A stretch of DNA of 64,000 bases from Candidatus Roizmanbacteria bacterium CG_4_9_14_0_2_um_filter_38_17 (GTDB lineage: Bacteria > Patescibacteriota > Microgenomatia > GCA-00278855). The position numbers and the translations under genes are program-made. Where the stretch lies: positions 35,739 to 99,738 of the forward strand of contig PFSB01000017.1 in assembly GCA_002788855.1 (NCBI GenBank), in the 5' to 3' direction. The notes under the pieces were generated by a model. The model saw nothing but the letters and a program-made list of their open reading frames with translations, searched no databases and had not been told where the DNA came from. Positions 18,777 to 28,500 of this stretch are shown piece by piece (position 1 is the stretch's first letter; every line of letters starts with the position of its first letter).

Positions 18777-19664
18777 TTGCCCCCAATACGTTTGACTATT
18801 ATGGATACTAGTTTAGCATCAATTAAAGATCAGTTTATACAGTTCTTAGATGATAAGGGTCGCGCTGTGGCAACTGTCCTTGCATATGGTAAGGATGTTG
18901 ATCAATTAACCCAATATTTAATCAAAAGCGGGCGCAAGAACATTAATGAGGTGACAGAAGCTGATCTGCAAGCTTTTTTAAAAACGCTTCAGGATAATAG
19001 CTATACTCAGAAATCCGTATCCAGAAAAATTAACTCGATCAAGACGCTCTATAGGTTTTTAGTTGGTGAGGGTATTTTGCAGCAAAATGTCGCAGCGAAT
19101 ATTAAGCACCCACACATCGAGCACAAAGAGCCTCGTGTATTATCTAAGATGGAATACCGCGCTCTTCGTGATGCTTCTCGTGAAGATGAGCGTATTTCAG
19201 CAATTATTGAGCTATTTTTACAAACTGGAGTAAGAATTGGTGAGCTTGCCCAGATTAGATTGGAAGACGTTACCAGTAATGAATTAGTTGTGCGTAATGC
19301 TAGAGATAAAATAGATCGCAAGGTTCCAGTTAATTTGTCTTCAAGTGACTCTCTTAAAAGATACATGGGTGTGCGTCCTCAGTCTGAAAGTGAGCGCTTA
19401 TTTATTACTAAAACAGGCAGACCCTTGCTCGTTCGCAATATTCGTACAGCAATTGATCGCTACTTCAAAGAGGCTGGGATTAAAGAATGCACCGTAAATG
19501 ACCTGCGTAATACTTTTATTGCTCATCAGTTGGCAAATAATGCACCTTTGGAGTATGTATCTGCGATCGTTGGGCATAAAAGAGTATCTACGACTGAAAA
19601 ATATTTAGATCTGGTTGATCTTGGGGATGCTAAATCTAAAGATCCGAAGCTTCAAGAACTTTAA
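18777..19664 (+). CDS. Tyrosine site-specific recombinase (XerC/XerD / phage-integrase family)
   Basis: The C-terminal catalytic residues are present (R...HxLR...HxxxxTT.KY: LRNTFIAHQL, GHKRVSTTEKY). It lies immediately 5' of the tRNA pair. Confidence 0.7.
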   Translation: MPPIRLTIMDTSLASIKDQFIQFLDDKGRAVATVLAYGKDVDQLTQYLIKSGRKNINEVTEADLQAFLKTLQDNSYTQKSVSRKINSIKTLYRFLVGEGILQQNVAANIKHPHIEHKEPRVLSKMEYRALRDASREDERISAIIELFLQTGVRIGELAQIRLEDVTSNELVVRNARDKIDRKVPVNLSSSDSLKRYMGVRPQSESERLFITKTGRPLLVRNIRTAIDRYFKEAGIKECTVNDLRNTFIAHQLANNAPLEYVSAIVGHKRVSTTEKYLDLVDLGDAKSKDPKLQEL

Positions 19665-19717
19665 CCTTCGTCTCTTTGATTATCTTTCCTGCTTGGCGTG
19701 ATAAAATTAGCTTTCGG

Positions 19718-19789
19718 GCGCCTGTAGCTCAATGGCAGAGCACTGATCTTATAAGTCAGGGGTTCTTGGTTCGAATCCAAGCAGGCGCA
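19718..19789 (+). tRNA. tRNA with UAU anticodon (reads AUA; tRNA-Ile-UAU)
   Basis: A manual fold gives acceptor gcgcctg/caggcgc, D-stem gctc/gagc, anticodon stem ctgat/gtcag with loop cuUAUaa, and T-arm cttgg-ttcgaat-ccaag. Confidence 0.6.
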
Positions 19790-19792
19790 CCC

Positions 19793-19868
19793 GGGCCTGT
19801 AGCTCAACTGGCAGAGCGCTTCAATGGCATTGAAGAGGTTGTGAGTTCGACCCTCATCAGGTCCACCA
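19793..19868 (+). tRNA. tRNA-Ala (GGC)
   Basis: The acceptor gggcctg/caggtcc has a G3:U70 wobble, the alanine identity element. The anticodon loop is auGGCau, the T-loop is ttcgacc, and the 3' CCA is encoded. It lies 3 nt after the previous tRNA. Confidence 0.75.
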
Positions 19869-19870
19869 CG

Positions 19871-22234
19871 TTACAGCTGGGCACGCTGGTTTATTTCCGC
19901 TTCCACAACTTCATGGGCTCGCCCATATTTTAGGCGAGAGAGCTTCTTGATAGCTTCGGCAATTTTAAGATTAGACATTCTTTTCTCTGCTTCCAGATCG
20001 CGAGTTAAATCAACAGAGAATGGTGGGACTGGTTCGTTGTTAACTTGAGTTCTCATGTATGCATGAAATCTCTCAATATTGATCAGGTCTGATTCATTAA
20101 AAGTTGGCTGGAATTCGTGTTGAAGGTAATTAGCATCCGTAACTCCCACACGAAAAGCCACAAGTGTTCCTACGTTACCAAAGACAGCATTTTTAACTTC
20201 CTCTTCCATTTGACCAATAAATTGATTAGCCACACACAAATTTAACTTAAATTTACGAGCCTCTGATAAGATTTGTGAGAAATCTGGTGTGGCAAAATTT
20301 TGGAACTCATCAACATAAAGATAAAAATCTTTTCGCAATTCACGAGGCGTATCTACCCTACTCATAGCCGCAACTAGGATTTTTGGCACAATCACCAAAC
20401 CCAAAAACTGAGAATTTTCCTCTCCCAATGCTCCTTTGGATAGGTTGATAAGAAGAATTTTACCTTCATCCATTACTTTGCGAAAATCAAATGCTGACTT
20501 AGATTGACCAATAATATTACGCATGGTTTTATTAGTGACGAAACGACCAAACTTAGATACGATGTAGTCTAGTACTTCAGATTTATGAAAATCACTAGTC
20601 TGGGCAATTTGATCAGTCCAGTAGCGCCTAACAACTGGGTCTTGAACTTTTGGAAGCAATTGTTGAACATATTTAGCATCAGTTAGGACGCGAACTATTT
20701 CCACAAATGTCGCCCCTTCATCACTCATAACTGTCAACATTGCATTCCTGACTGCATGTTCAAAGCGTGGTCCAATAATACCCGTCTTCATGGGATCATA
20801 AAGTTTATACATCAACCCAATGATTGAGTTAGCAATAAAATGCTTTTGCTCTTCGGTTTTAGCTTCCAAGAGATTCATACCCATGGGACGGTCTGTATCT
20901 GATGGGTCAAAATGAATAACGTCTTCAGCTCGCTCAGGTGGTATCATCGGCAGCAAATCCTCAATAAGATCTCCATGTGGATCCATTACGCAGATCCCCT
21001 TGCCAGCGCGAATGTCTTGAATTGCCATGCTTTTTAGTTGCTCAGACTTGCCTACGCCGGTTTTTCCGATGATATACATGTGACGTGCACGATCTTCATC
21101 ATTAAGATAAACAGGGCGGGTCATGCCACGATAGACACTCTTACCAATATACATTCCAGTTTTGGCCATATTAGCTGGTGCTGGTGCACGCTTGGCGTTT
21201 AACCAATAAATGCCTGGAGTTTCAATCGTTTTGTTTGGAAAATGAATAATAGTTGCCAGCTCTTCTGTGGATAAGACGCCGCTACGTTTAAAGCGCTTAA
21301 TACTCAACATAGGTAAATAACGATAAATCACATCCAACATAAACATTCCCTTAAACCGGATTTTGTTAGTAGTGAATTTATTGTGTGTTGAGTTAAATTG
21401 GGAAAAAGATGACTTAATATTGTCCAGGTGCATCTTTGCCAGTGATTTATTGGAAGATGAAACAATAATACGGATTTCTGTCTCAAATCCAGATTTTGAC
21501 ACTTTATTTTCTATTGCTTCAAGTGTTTTAGCCTCCACGTTATACTTGGCCTCTTCTGGATTAGATTCTTTTTTCTTTGTACTAGAGATGTACTCTCTGC
21601 CAGTTTTAGCCCAGTCGTCCTTGGCTGGATAGATCATGTACTGGATCATTGCGCCTTCTCCGGTTCCCATCTTGGCAAGACCTGCCGTTAAAGAAGAAAG
21701 CGGGTCGGTCGGTAAATCTTTATATATTTTAATTGGCTTATGATCTTCCTTTGCTAGTTTTAATGAGGTAAATTCAACGTGGCCTTGTTTAGAGAAAATA
21801 TTAAACTCGCTAACTTCTTTAACTTCTGCTCCAGGATAGGCTCCATGAATATGTTTTTCGACTAAGTCTTTAAGCTCCCGAGGCGTAGATACATAAAATC
21901 GTATATCACCAGCAGTTGCTACGATTTCAAATGTTAGGTGGTCTGGAATCTCCAGCATTTTAAAGATTCCTTCTCCTCCACTACTAATAGTAGACAATGA
22001 TGCAAAGAATTGCTCGGCTGCATCGATCTTTACTTCATTATCGCGAGGAAGCGCAACGTGTAGTAGAGCCATGTCCAATGAGCGATCCTCGCGGTTCCTC
22101 CAGCGCAGGTAAAGAATTAATGCATATGTTACTAAACCAGCTGCTGCAACTAGAAATATAAAGATAGCGGCAATGATTATATAGAGCTCGAGTGAAGATA
22201 TTATGTCTGCTGGTTGGATTGTATTGTTTAGCAT
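19871..22234 (-). CDS. Membrane-anchored P-loop ATPase of the type IV secretion coupling-protein / VirB4-TraG superfamily (AAA_10 / TraG-D_C-like)
   Basis: There is one N-terminal TM helix and a roughly 330-aa unique domain. The Walker A is IIGKTGVGKS, followed by a DPHGD motif (compare DPKGE in VirD4/TraG) and a C-terminal Walker B-type region (LYVDEFQNF). Confidence 0.5.
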   Translation of the reverse strand: MLNNTIQPADIISSLELYIIIAAIFIFLVAAAGLVTYALILYLRWRNREDRSLDMALLHVALPRDNEVKIDAAEQFFASLSTISSGGEGIFKMLEIPDHLTFEIVATAGDIRFYVSTPRELKDLVEKHIHGAYPGAEVKEVSEFNIFSKQGHVEFTSLKLAKEDHKPIKIYKDLPTDPLSSLTAGLAKMGTGEGAMIQYMIYPAKDDWAKTGREYISSTKKKESNPEEAKYNVEAKTLEAIENKVSKSGFETEIRIIVSSSNKSLAKMHLDNIKSSFSQFNSTHNKFTTNKIRFKGMFMLDVIYRYLPMLSIKRFKRSGVLSTEELATIIHFPNKTIETPGIYWLNAKRAPAPANMAKTGMYIGKSVYRGMTRPVYLNDEDRARHMYIIGKTGVGKSEQLKSMAIQDIRAGKGICVMDPHGDLIEDLLPMIPPERAEDVIHFDPSDTDRPMGMNLLEAKTEEQKHFIANSIIGLMYKLYDPMKTGIIGPRFEHAVRNAMLTVMSDEGATFVEIVRVLTDAKYVQQLLPKVQDPVVRRYWTDQIAQTSDFHKSEVLDYIVSKFGRFVTNKTMRNIIGQSKSAFDFRKVMDEGKILLINLSKGALGEENSQFLGLVIVPKILVAAMSRVDTPRELRKDFYLYVDEFQNFATPDFSQILSEARKFKLNLCVANQFIGQMEEEVKNAVFGNVGTLVAFRVGVTDANYLQHEFQPTFNESDLINIERFHAYMRTQVNNEPVPPFSVDLTRDLEAEKRMSNLKIAEAIKKLSRLKYGRAHEVVEAEINQRAQL

Positions 22235-22656
22235 TAACTTTTTATTAATCTTCCATGTACTTCTTTAATTGCTATATGAGCTTTTTTAAGCTGGCGTACA
22301 CACCAAATAGACATCCAGCGAACTGATTCCCAGACATGTGCATGTAATCCTTTTACAATTTCATCATCAGTTAATGGTAATTTAACTGTCGTTCCGGTTG
22401 TTTGGTTGACTGGGGTGGTGGGCCCGGTGTGTTGTAAGCCTGCTTTTTCTACGTCTTTGGGTATTTCTGGACGTTGAGAAATCTCTTTGACGTGCTCAGC
22501 AACTTCTTTGGATTTTTTAACTTCACTGTATTCATGTACAGCTTCTTGTAATCCAGTGTCTGAACTTACGGCCATTGGTTCGTGCTCAATACTAGTGTGA
22601 GTAGATGCGCTTGTTACGTCTTGATCATCCTGTGGTTTTTTGTTGGAGTCATCCAT
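22234..22656 (-). CDS. Hypothetical acidic protein, start-overlapping the T4SS-type ATPase gene
   Basis: It has an ORF only, with an Asp/Glu/Thr-rich N-terminal half and no recognisable motif. Confidence 0.3.
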   Translation of the reverse strand: MDDSNKKPQDDQDVTSASTHTSIEHEPMAVSSDTGLQEAVHEYSEVKKSKEVAEHVKEISQRPEIPKDVEKAGLQHTGPTTPVNQTTGTTVKLPLTDDEIVKGLHAHVWESVRWMSIWCVRQLKKAHIAIKEVHGRLIKS

Positions 22657-22681
22657 GAAATTATTATAGCAGAGACAGCGC

Positions 22682-23086
22682 TTACGAGATCTGTTTGAAG
22701 TTGAATAGTTTTAAACCTGGAATTTGTTTGAAATGTTTAACATTTCTGGTTGCAACTTCTGCGTTAAGAGATAGAGCTGTTGCGCCTATTACAAGATCGA
22801 CTGTTCCTAGAAATCCAATTCTATTATTTCTACCTATCTCCCCAGCAAGTTTTGCAATATCTTCTGTTAGAACGATTCTCTCAAACGGTTTAAGTAAATC
22901 CTCGGCTTTTTTTAGCACAAAGCTTTCTAAGAACTCATAACCTACAAATAACTCAACTAAAACTACAGTTGGAATATATAATTTATAGTTTTTTTCTGTA
23001 CTTGCTCTTAGTAGAAGTTTAAAATTACTATTGCTCTTTTTAAGATGGTCTATAAATATATCAGTGTCTAATACTATAGATTTCAT
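22682..23086 (-). CDS. vapC: PIN-domain ribonuclease toxin (VapC-like)
   Basis: The N-terminal IVLDTDIFIDHL is present. Acidic residues are spaced as in PIN folds. It overlaps the upstream antitoxin gene. Confidence 0.65.
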   Translation of the reverse strand: MKSIVLDTDIFIDHLKKSNSNFKLLLRASTEKNYKLYIPTVVLVELFVGYEFLESFVLKKAEDLLKPFERIVLTEDIAKLAGEIGRNNRIGFLGTVDLVIGATALSLNAEVATRNVKHFKQIPGLKLFNFKQIS

Positions 23087-23358
23087 TTTTTTAGCCTGCT
23101 ATTGATTGTTTTAATGTCTGTTTTTCTTAGAGCTTCCCTATTTTTGTCTGCGGGTAAATCCTTCCAAGCTCCATGCATGCTTTCAACAAATTTCATGTAT
23201 TCATCCCAGTCTGTCTCCTTTTTTGGTGGAACTAACACACCGACAGTTTCATCGATTTTTTCATCTACAATTGTTACTGATTCACCACCGTACCTTGCCA
23301 GTCGTAGATACATAGATAGATTTTCTCTAAATTCAGATATTGATACGCTTCTTTTCAT
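23083..23358 (-). CDS. Phd/YefM-family antitoxin
   Basis: The translation has VSISEFRENLSMYLRLARYGGESVTIV, typical of Phd/YefM. There is a 4-nt overlap with the PIN gene. Confidence 0.55.
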   Translation of the reverse strand: MKRSVSISEFRENLSMYLRLARYGGESVTIVDEKIDETVGVLVPPKKETDWDEYMKFVESMHGAWKDLPADKNREALRKTDIKTINSRLKK

Positions 23359-23460
23359 ACCTTACTTATATTACAATATGTACATATTGTCAAGTTACAA
23401 AGGCGAAGCCTTTCAAGGCGGGCAAACAAGGTCTAAATTGAGCCTTACTTAAGATTGACT

Positions 23461-24882
23461 TTAACAACCAAACTTAAATCCGCATGTGCATTCTTTGGTA
23501 AAATTACTGTTACCTTTTTCACTAGGATAGTATTTGTCACAATCAGGTTTAGGACAATGGTAATGATCGTCTTCCTTGCTTCTTCCGCAGTGACAAGTTG
23601 AGCTATCTTCATTTTCTCCAGTTAAACCAAGTCTGTTCCCTCCTATAGATTTAACTAATGTACTTCCGCCTCCATTGCATCCTGGCATTTGCTGTAGTCT
23701 TTCTAATGCGCCATAGCCTGGATCAGGCAACAGTAATAATGGTAAATAGTCGAGTCTTGGGTCAAGCATTGGGACTGCTGTATGTACTTGAGACTCAACA
23801 CTACTTCTGTATACGCTGTTTAAGTTGAACTCTGAAAGACTTAATACAGTGTGACCTAGTTTACGTGCAACATCCATAATTGATAATCCATTTATGAGTC
23901 GGGTCCTTGCTTCCGCGATGAAATTATCCACGGTTGCACGCTCAATTATCTCAAGATCTAATAATTGAGCCAGTCGGTCCAAATCATGGTGAATTGAAGC
24001 AAAACTAGCTTTCTTTCCAGCAAGAGTACCACCCATTAAGCTTTGAATTCTATCAACCACCTGATGCATTCCATTAACTCCCTCTTTTGGTGGAATCTCG
24101 ATTACAGAACCTACTATCAGTTTTATTTGATCGCGCTGATCTAACCCATTGAACCCTGGCAGATCGCATTCAAATTGCTCTAATAGCTGCCTATTTTGGT
24201 CTAACGTCATATCTGTTTGTACTGTTGCAGCTTTTATTTCACCATTGTCACCAACTTGATATACGTATGTTTGAGTGTCAAGATATGTAATATTTTTTCC
24301 TGATGCTTGTTCCTTAAGATCAGACCAACCCGGTGGACTGGAAATAAAAAAAACTGTTCTTGGTTGAGCTTTTATTAATCGCTCTGAAAGTTCTTTTACG
24401 GAGGCGTGAGCAGCTCCCCCTCTCTCTTTCTGATCAGTGATATCTTCGTAGTGAGCGTCACCATAGTCTGGACAAATTAACCCAACTTTACCATTCTCAT
24501 GTTTTGCTTGGATTTTGATTGGATATACCAGTCTCTCGGATAAGTACTCCAATCTGAATGCAGCAATATCTTCTTTAGTTACAGCTAACCATAGGTTAAC
24601 TACTTCTTCTCTGGAATTCCCCATAAGCGCACCCTTTTCCAGCATGCTTAGTAATTGCTCGGTTTGCCCTGCAACGTTAAATCCCGTTCCCGGCAGTAAC
24701 CACCAATCCCCACGCTCAATTGCTAATTCTAATTCTTGTTTTGATTTATCAATTACAGGTCCAATGACTCGGTAATCTAGGTCGTTATGAGTTTGTGGTT
24801 CTTGATTAAGTTGAAATGGTATTATTACCTCGTGTGGATAGTTAGGTATTATTCCAGATTGTACTTGTAATTCTTTTAACAT
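23461..24882 (-). CDS. Hypothetical cytoplasmic protein with a C-terminal Cys/His-rich metal-binding-like tail
   Basis: It has a canonical RBS and a 473-aa ORF. The tail is CHCGRSKEDDHYHCPKPDCDKYYPSEKGNSNFTKECTCGFKFGC. No motif I can assign. Confidence 0.4.
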   Translation of the reverse strand: MLKELQVQSGIIPNYPHEVIIPFQLNQEPQTHNDLDYRVIGPVIDKSKQELELAIERGDWWLLPGTGFNVAGQTEQLLSMLEKGALMGNSREEVVNLWLAVTKEDIAAFRLEYLSERLVYPIKIQAKHENGKVGLICPDYGDAHYEDITDQKERGGAAHASVKELSERLIKAQPRTVFFISSPPGWSDLKEQASGKNITYLDTQTYVYQVGDNGEIKAATVQTDMTLDQNRQLLEQFECDLPGFNGLDQRDQIKLIVGSVIEIPPKEGVNGMHQVVDRIQSLMGGTLAGKKASFASIHHDLDRLAQLLDLEIIERATVDNFIAEARTRLINGLSIMDVARKLGHTVLSLSEFNLNSVYRSSVESQVHTAVPMLDPRLDYLPLLLLPDPGYGALERLQQMPGCNGGGSTLVKSIGGNRLGLTGENEDSSTCHCGRSKEDDHYHCPKPDCDKYYPSEKGNSNFTKECTCGFKFGC

Positions 24883-24984
24883 ATTTTCTCCTGCTCGGGA
24901 TTATGCATAAGTGAGTTCCTGACTTTACAGTTGCGGCACAGTTGCTGACTTTCACAGCATTCCTCTTATTCTTAATGCAGTTTA

Positions 24985-25500
24985 TTAAATTTTACTATTC
25001 CAGATTCTCTCTTCTACTCCAGCTTCTTTATTAACTAAGCGGGCAAGGGCATAGAGATAGTCGGACAGACGGTTCATGTATTGTAACAGATTTTTTTGTA
25101 AAATATTAGCAGTAACAAGTCTCCGCTCAGCTCGACGGCAAATTGTTCTGGCAAAATCTAGCTGTGCAGATTTAACTGATCCACCTGGTATATAAAACTG
25201 AGTTTGCTGTGGTAGTTTTTTTTGAATCATATCTATTTCCTTTTCAATCTCACTTACTCTTTTTTCAAGCATCTTATTTCTAGCTTCTTGATACTTTTTC
25301 TCTCCAGCTAGTAGCGCACAAATATGCATTAAGTCTGATTGAATATTATTAAAGGCCTTGCCTTTAATAAAGCCGATTGCGCTGTTTAATTCATCAATCG
25401 TGCCGTAGGCTTCAACTAGTGGATCGTCTTTGGAGATTCTAGTTCCTATACGCAAGGAGGTTTCACCTTTATCCCCTGTCTTTGTGTAAAACTTCAGCAT
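24985..25500 (-). CDS. ATP:cob(I)alamin adenosyltransferase, PduO type
   Basis: It has TKTGDKGETSL and EAYGTIDELNSAIG, the PduO N-terminal domain signature. It overlaps the upstream RNR gene end. Confidence 0.75.
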   Translation of the reverse strand: MLKFYTKTGDKGETSLRIGTRISKDDPLVEAYGTIDELNSAIGFIKGKAFNNIQSDLMHICALLAGEKKYQEARNKMLEKRVSEIEKEIDMIQKKLPQQTQFYIPGGSVKSAQLDFARTICRRAERRLVTANILQKNLLQYMNRLSDYLYALARLVNKEAGVEERIWNSKI

Positions 25501-28500
25501 TCAGAGTAGCCACAGCTGTAGCACTTTTTACAGCCTTCCTCGTGAGCAAGAGATGCATCCCCACAGTCGGGGCAGATATCTAGATGTGTGGTAGGTTGCA
25601 TCATTAGTTGAGCAGGTAATGTGACTATCTTTTCCTCTTTTACTTCTTTATCTGTATTAAAGCTATTTCCGTTTAATTTTGCGTGTCCGTTGGTCGTTGA
25701 ATTCGTGTGATTCATTATTTTATATGTGCCGTTTGTAGCTGTTACATTAAAATGTGCTCCGAGTACTTTGGCTAAAGCATCTGGCAGGCTTAAAACCTTC
25801 TCTTTGCCAAAACCTGTACTAGATCTTCCACCGATACCACCAAGTTGATACAACACGCTGCGAACGCGTTCTTCCCCGCTAACTGGTGCATTTATTCTGA
25901 ACACGAGTGAAATAAGTCTTCCCATTGCTTCTGCCATTGCGGAAATGTCTGTCCCTCCTTTGCCAATATTTATAAAGACTTCTGATGGTTCCCCTCCTGG
26001 ATCTGTATTGACAGTAATAAAACTTTTACCAACGGGGGTCTGCATTTTATATGTTGCCCCTTGCAATACAAGTGGTCTCCTGGTAATGGTTGGCATATCT
26101 TTTGGTAGCTCTCCATTTGTTTGCTGGCCTGCCACGTTTTCGCCAGATGGCGACTTTACGTGGTCAGTTTCTCGCTCTAACACACCTGGGCGTGACCCTT
26201 CTCTCATAAAGGTTACACCTTTACAACCAAGGTCATAAGCCATAGTATAGAGTTCTTTGACGTCTTCAACCGTAAAGTCTGCTGGGGCATTGACTGTTTT
26301 GGATATGGAGGCGTCAACATATTTCTGAATTGCAGCTTGAACTCGTACATGATTCTGTGGGGTTAAATCTGCCGCAGAGACAAAGTAATCTGGTCGCTCA
26401 TCATCAGGATGATCTTTTCTCCAGGCGTCATACAGTGGGTGAAAAATCTTGTGTTCTCCTAGTCTGTCACGACGAGTGAAGGAGAACTCAAATACTGGTT
26501 CAATTCCAGAAGATACCCCGGCCATTAGCGAAGTAGATCCGGTTGGTGCTTGCATAAGGATAACTGAGTTTCGTACTCCGTGCTTGCTAATCTTTTTTCG
26601 AATTCGCTCAGGAAGTTGCTTAATAAAATATGCATTGAGATATTTGTTGCGTTGAAATTTAGGGAAAGCACCTTTTTCTTTTGCTAGCTCGGCTGACTGA
26701 TCGTATGCAGCGTCACGAATCAGTTTATAAATTTTATCAATTACCTCTAATCCTTTTTCTGATCCATAGCGTATCTTCATTTTTATTAATGCATCTGCCA
26801 AGCCCATGGTGCCTATTCCAATTCGGCGTTCACCTTCAAGTTGAGTCTTTCTGATACCTTCAAATATGTAGACATCCCCATCAATAACATTGTCTTGAAA
26901 ACGCACCGCTACTTTTACGTGGTCTGCTAAAAGATCGTAATCAAAATTACCACTATCGTTTACAAAAGTAGCTAGGTTTAGCGACCCTAAATTACAAACC
27001 CCCCAAGGTGGTAATCCTTCCTCACCACAGTTTGAGATGATCATGCCATTGGCAGAAAATCTATGAATCTTATCTACGGTGATATCAAAGACGTCTTCTT
27101 GGCCATCTGAGACAAGCTCAGTAAACGTAGCGATGAAAGTTTCTGTATATGGACCTCGTTTGCCGTAACTTTCTAGAAGCGTCTCTAGCTTATCTTGTTT
27201 GTATTTGTGTAAGAAATTTATCTCTTTAGCAAAGCGAGTTAGATTGTCTTTGCTGATAACTAGATCGTGATATGCTTGACATTGATTAGGTAAACTATGA
27301 AACAATTGTTTGTATCCACCATGATCGTCTGGGAGAGCTCTTTCCCCAGCTTTTCGCCGGTTAGCATAGATTTTGCTTGCAATACCAAAATTAAGTAGCA
27401 AAAGTTGTGTGTCTTGCAATAATTCGTAACTTATAGATGTTAGCCTAACGCTTATTCCTTTTTTAGATGTGCCTGCCACATGTCCATCGGCAGAAAAGAG
27501 AGCTTGAATAAAGCCTTTTTGCATGGCTTTAGACCCGCTCAATACAGCTACTGGGACCTTGTATTTGTTCTCCGGAGTTAGTCCATACCGACCAGCTAGT
27601 CTCCATAGCCTGGTTGACTCGACAACTGCTTTGTCTTCACTGTCTATGTATTGCGGAGCAATGGGATATGAACGAGCAACCACTTGTTCACCATCAACCA
27701 TTTTGTGAACATAAATAGCAAACTGTGGGGCTAATTCTTGTTTTTCGCTACCGTAAAAATATAAGGTAGCGTTACCATTTTTCTTGAGTGAACCGTCCCC
27801 CACTAACCAGCCCAAAACTCGTCCTTGTTCTAGTGATCCTTGTGTGCCAAATGCTCCGTAGCTTGAAAGTTTAATCTTATCTCCTTGCTGTAGCTTGCCT
27901 GCTTCTACCTTGCCCGTGGTAGTAAACACCTTATGATCTTTTGTTAGCCGTAGTTCGTATCCTTCTTTAGTTTTTAGTCGATAAACAGATTTTGTGCCGG
28001 TCTTAAAGAAACTAGTTGCACGATAGCTTTCACCATCAACTACTGCTTTGACTGGTTCTCCAGATAGATAAAGCTCGCCAACGGTTTTAATTCCGTCTGA
28101 AGTTGTAACTTTGGTATCTGCTGTGACACAAGGATTAACACAGTTAATGCGGTTGAAGTAATAATTATTGTGCCACTTGTTATATCTTTCCATAAATACT
28201 ACTCCGGGCTCAGCAGAGTTCCAAGCGGCTTCACAGATTTGATCCCATAAATCACGAGCGCGAACTGTACTATGGACATTGACTTTTCCTCCTATATCTA
28301 ACCAATCCTGCATATATCCATCCCATTCTTTGTCATATTTGGGGTCGTCGATGTCTGGATAAATAAAATTCCAGTCATCGTCATTTTTCACAGCTTCCAT
28401 AAACTTGTCAGAGACACAAACTGAAAGATTTGCTCCCCGAATACGCGTTAGATCTCTCTTTACATTGATAAATTCCTGTACGTCAGGGTGCCAATCCCAA

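Noticed and set aside
19676-19933. 85-aa ORF on the plus strand
   Set aside because: It is entirely overlapped by the two tRNA genes (19718-19868), so it is spurious.
25945-28000. ORFs antisense to nrdJ (25945-26238, 26449-26655, 27523-27708) and other 60-110-aa antisense ORFs inside groEL, guaB, recF, the GH5 gene and the mevalonate genes
   Set aside because: The same reasoning applies: they are embedded antisense in well-supported genes, with no independent signals.
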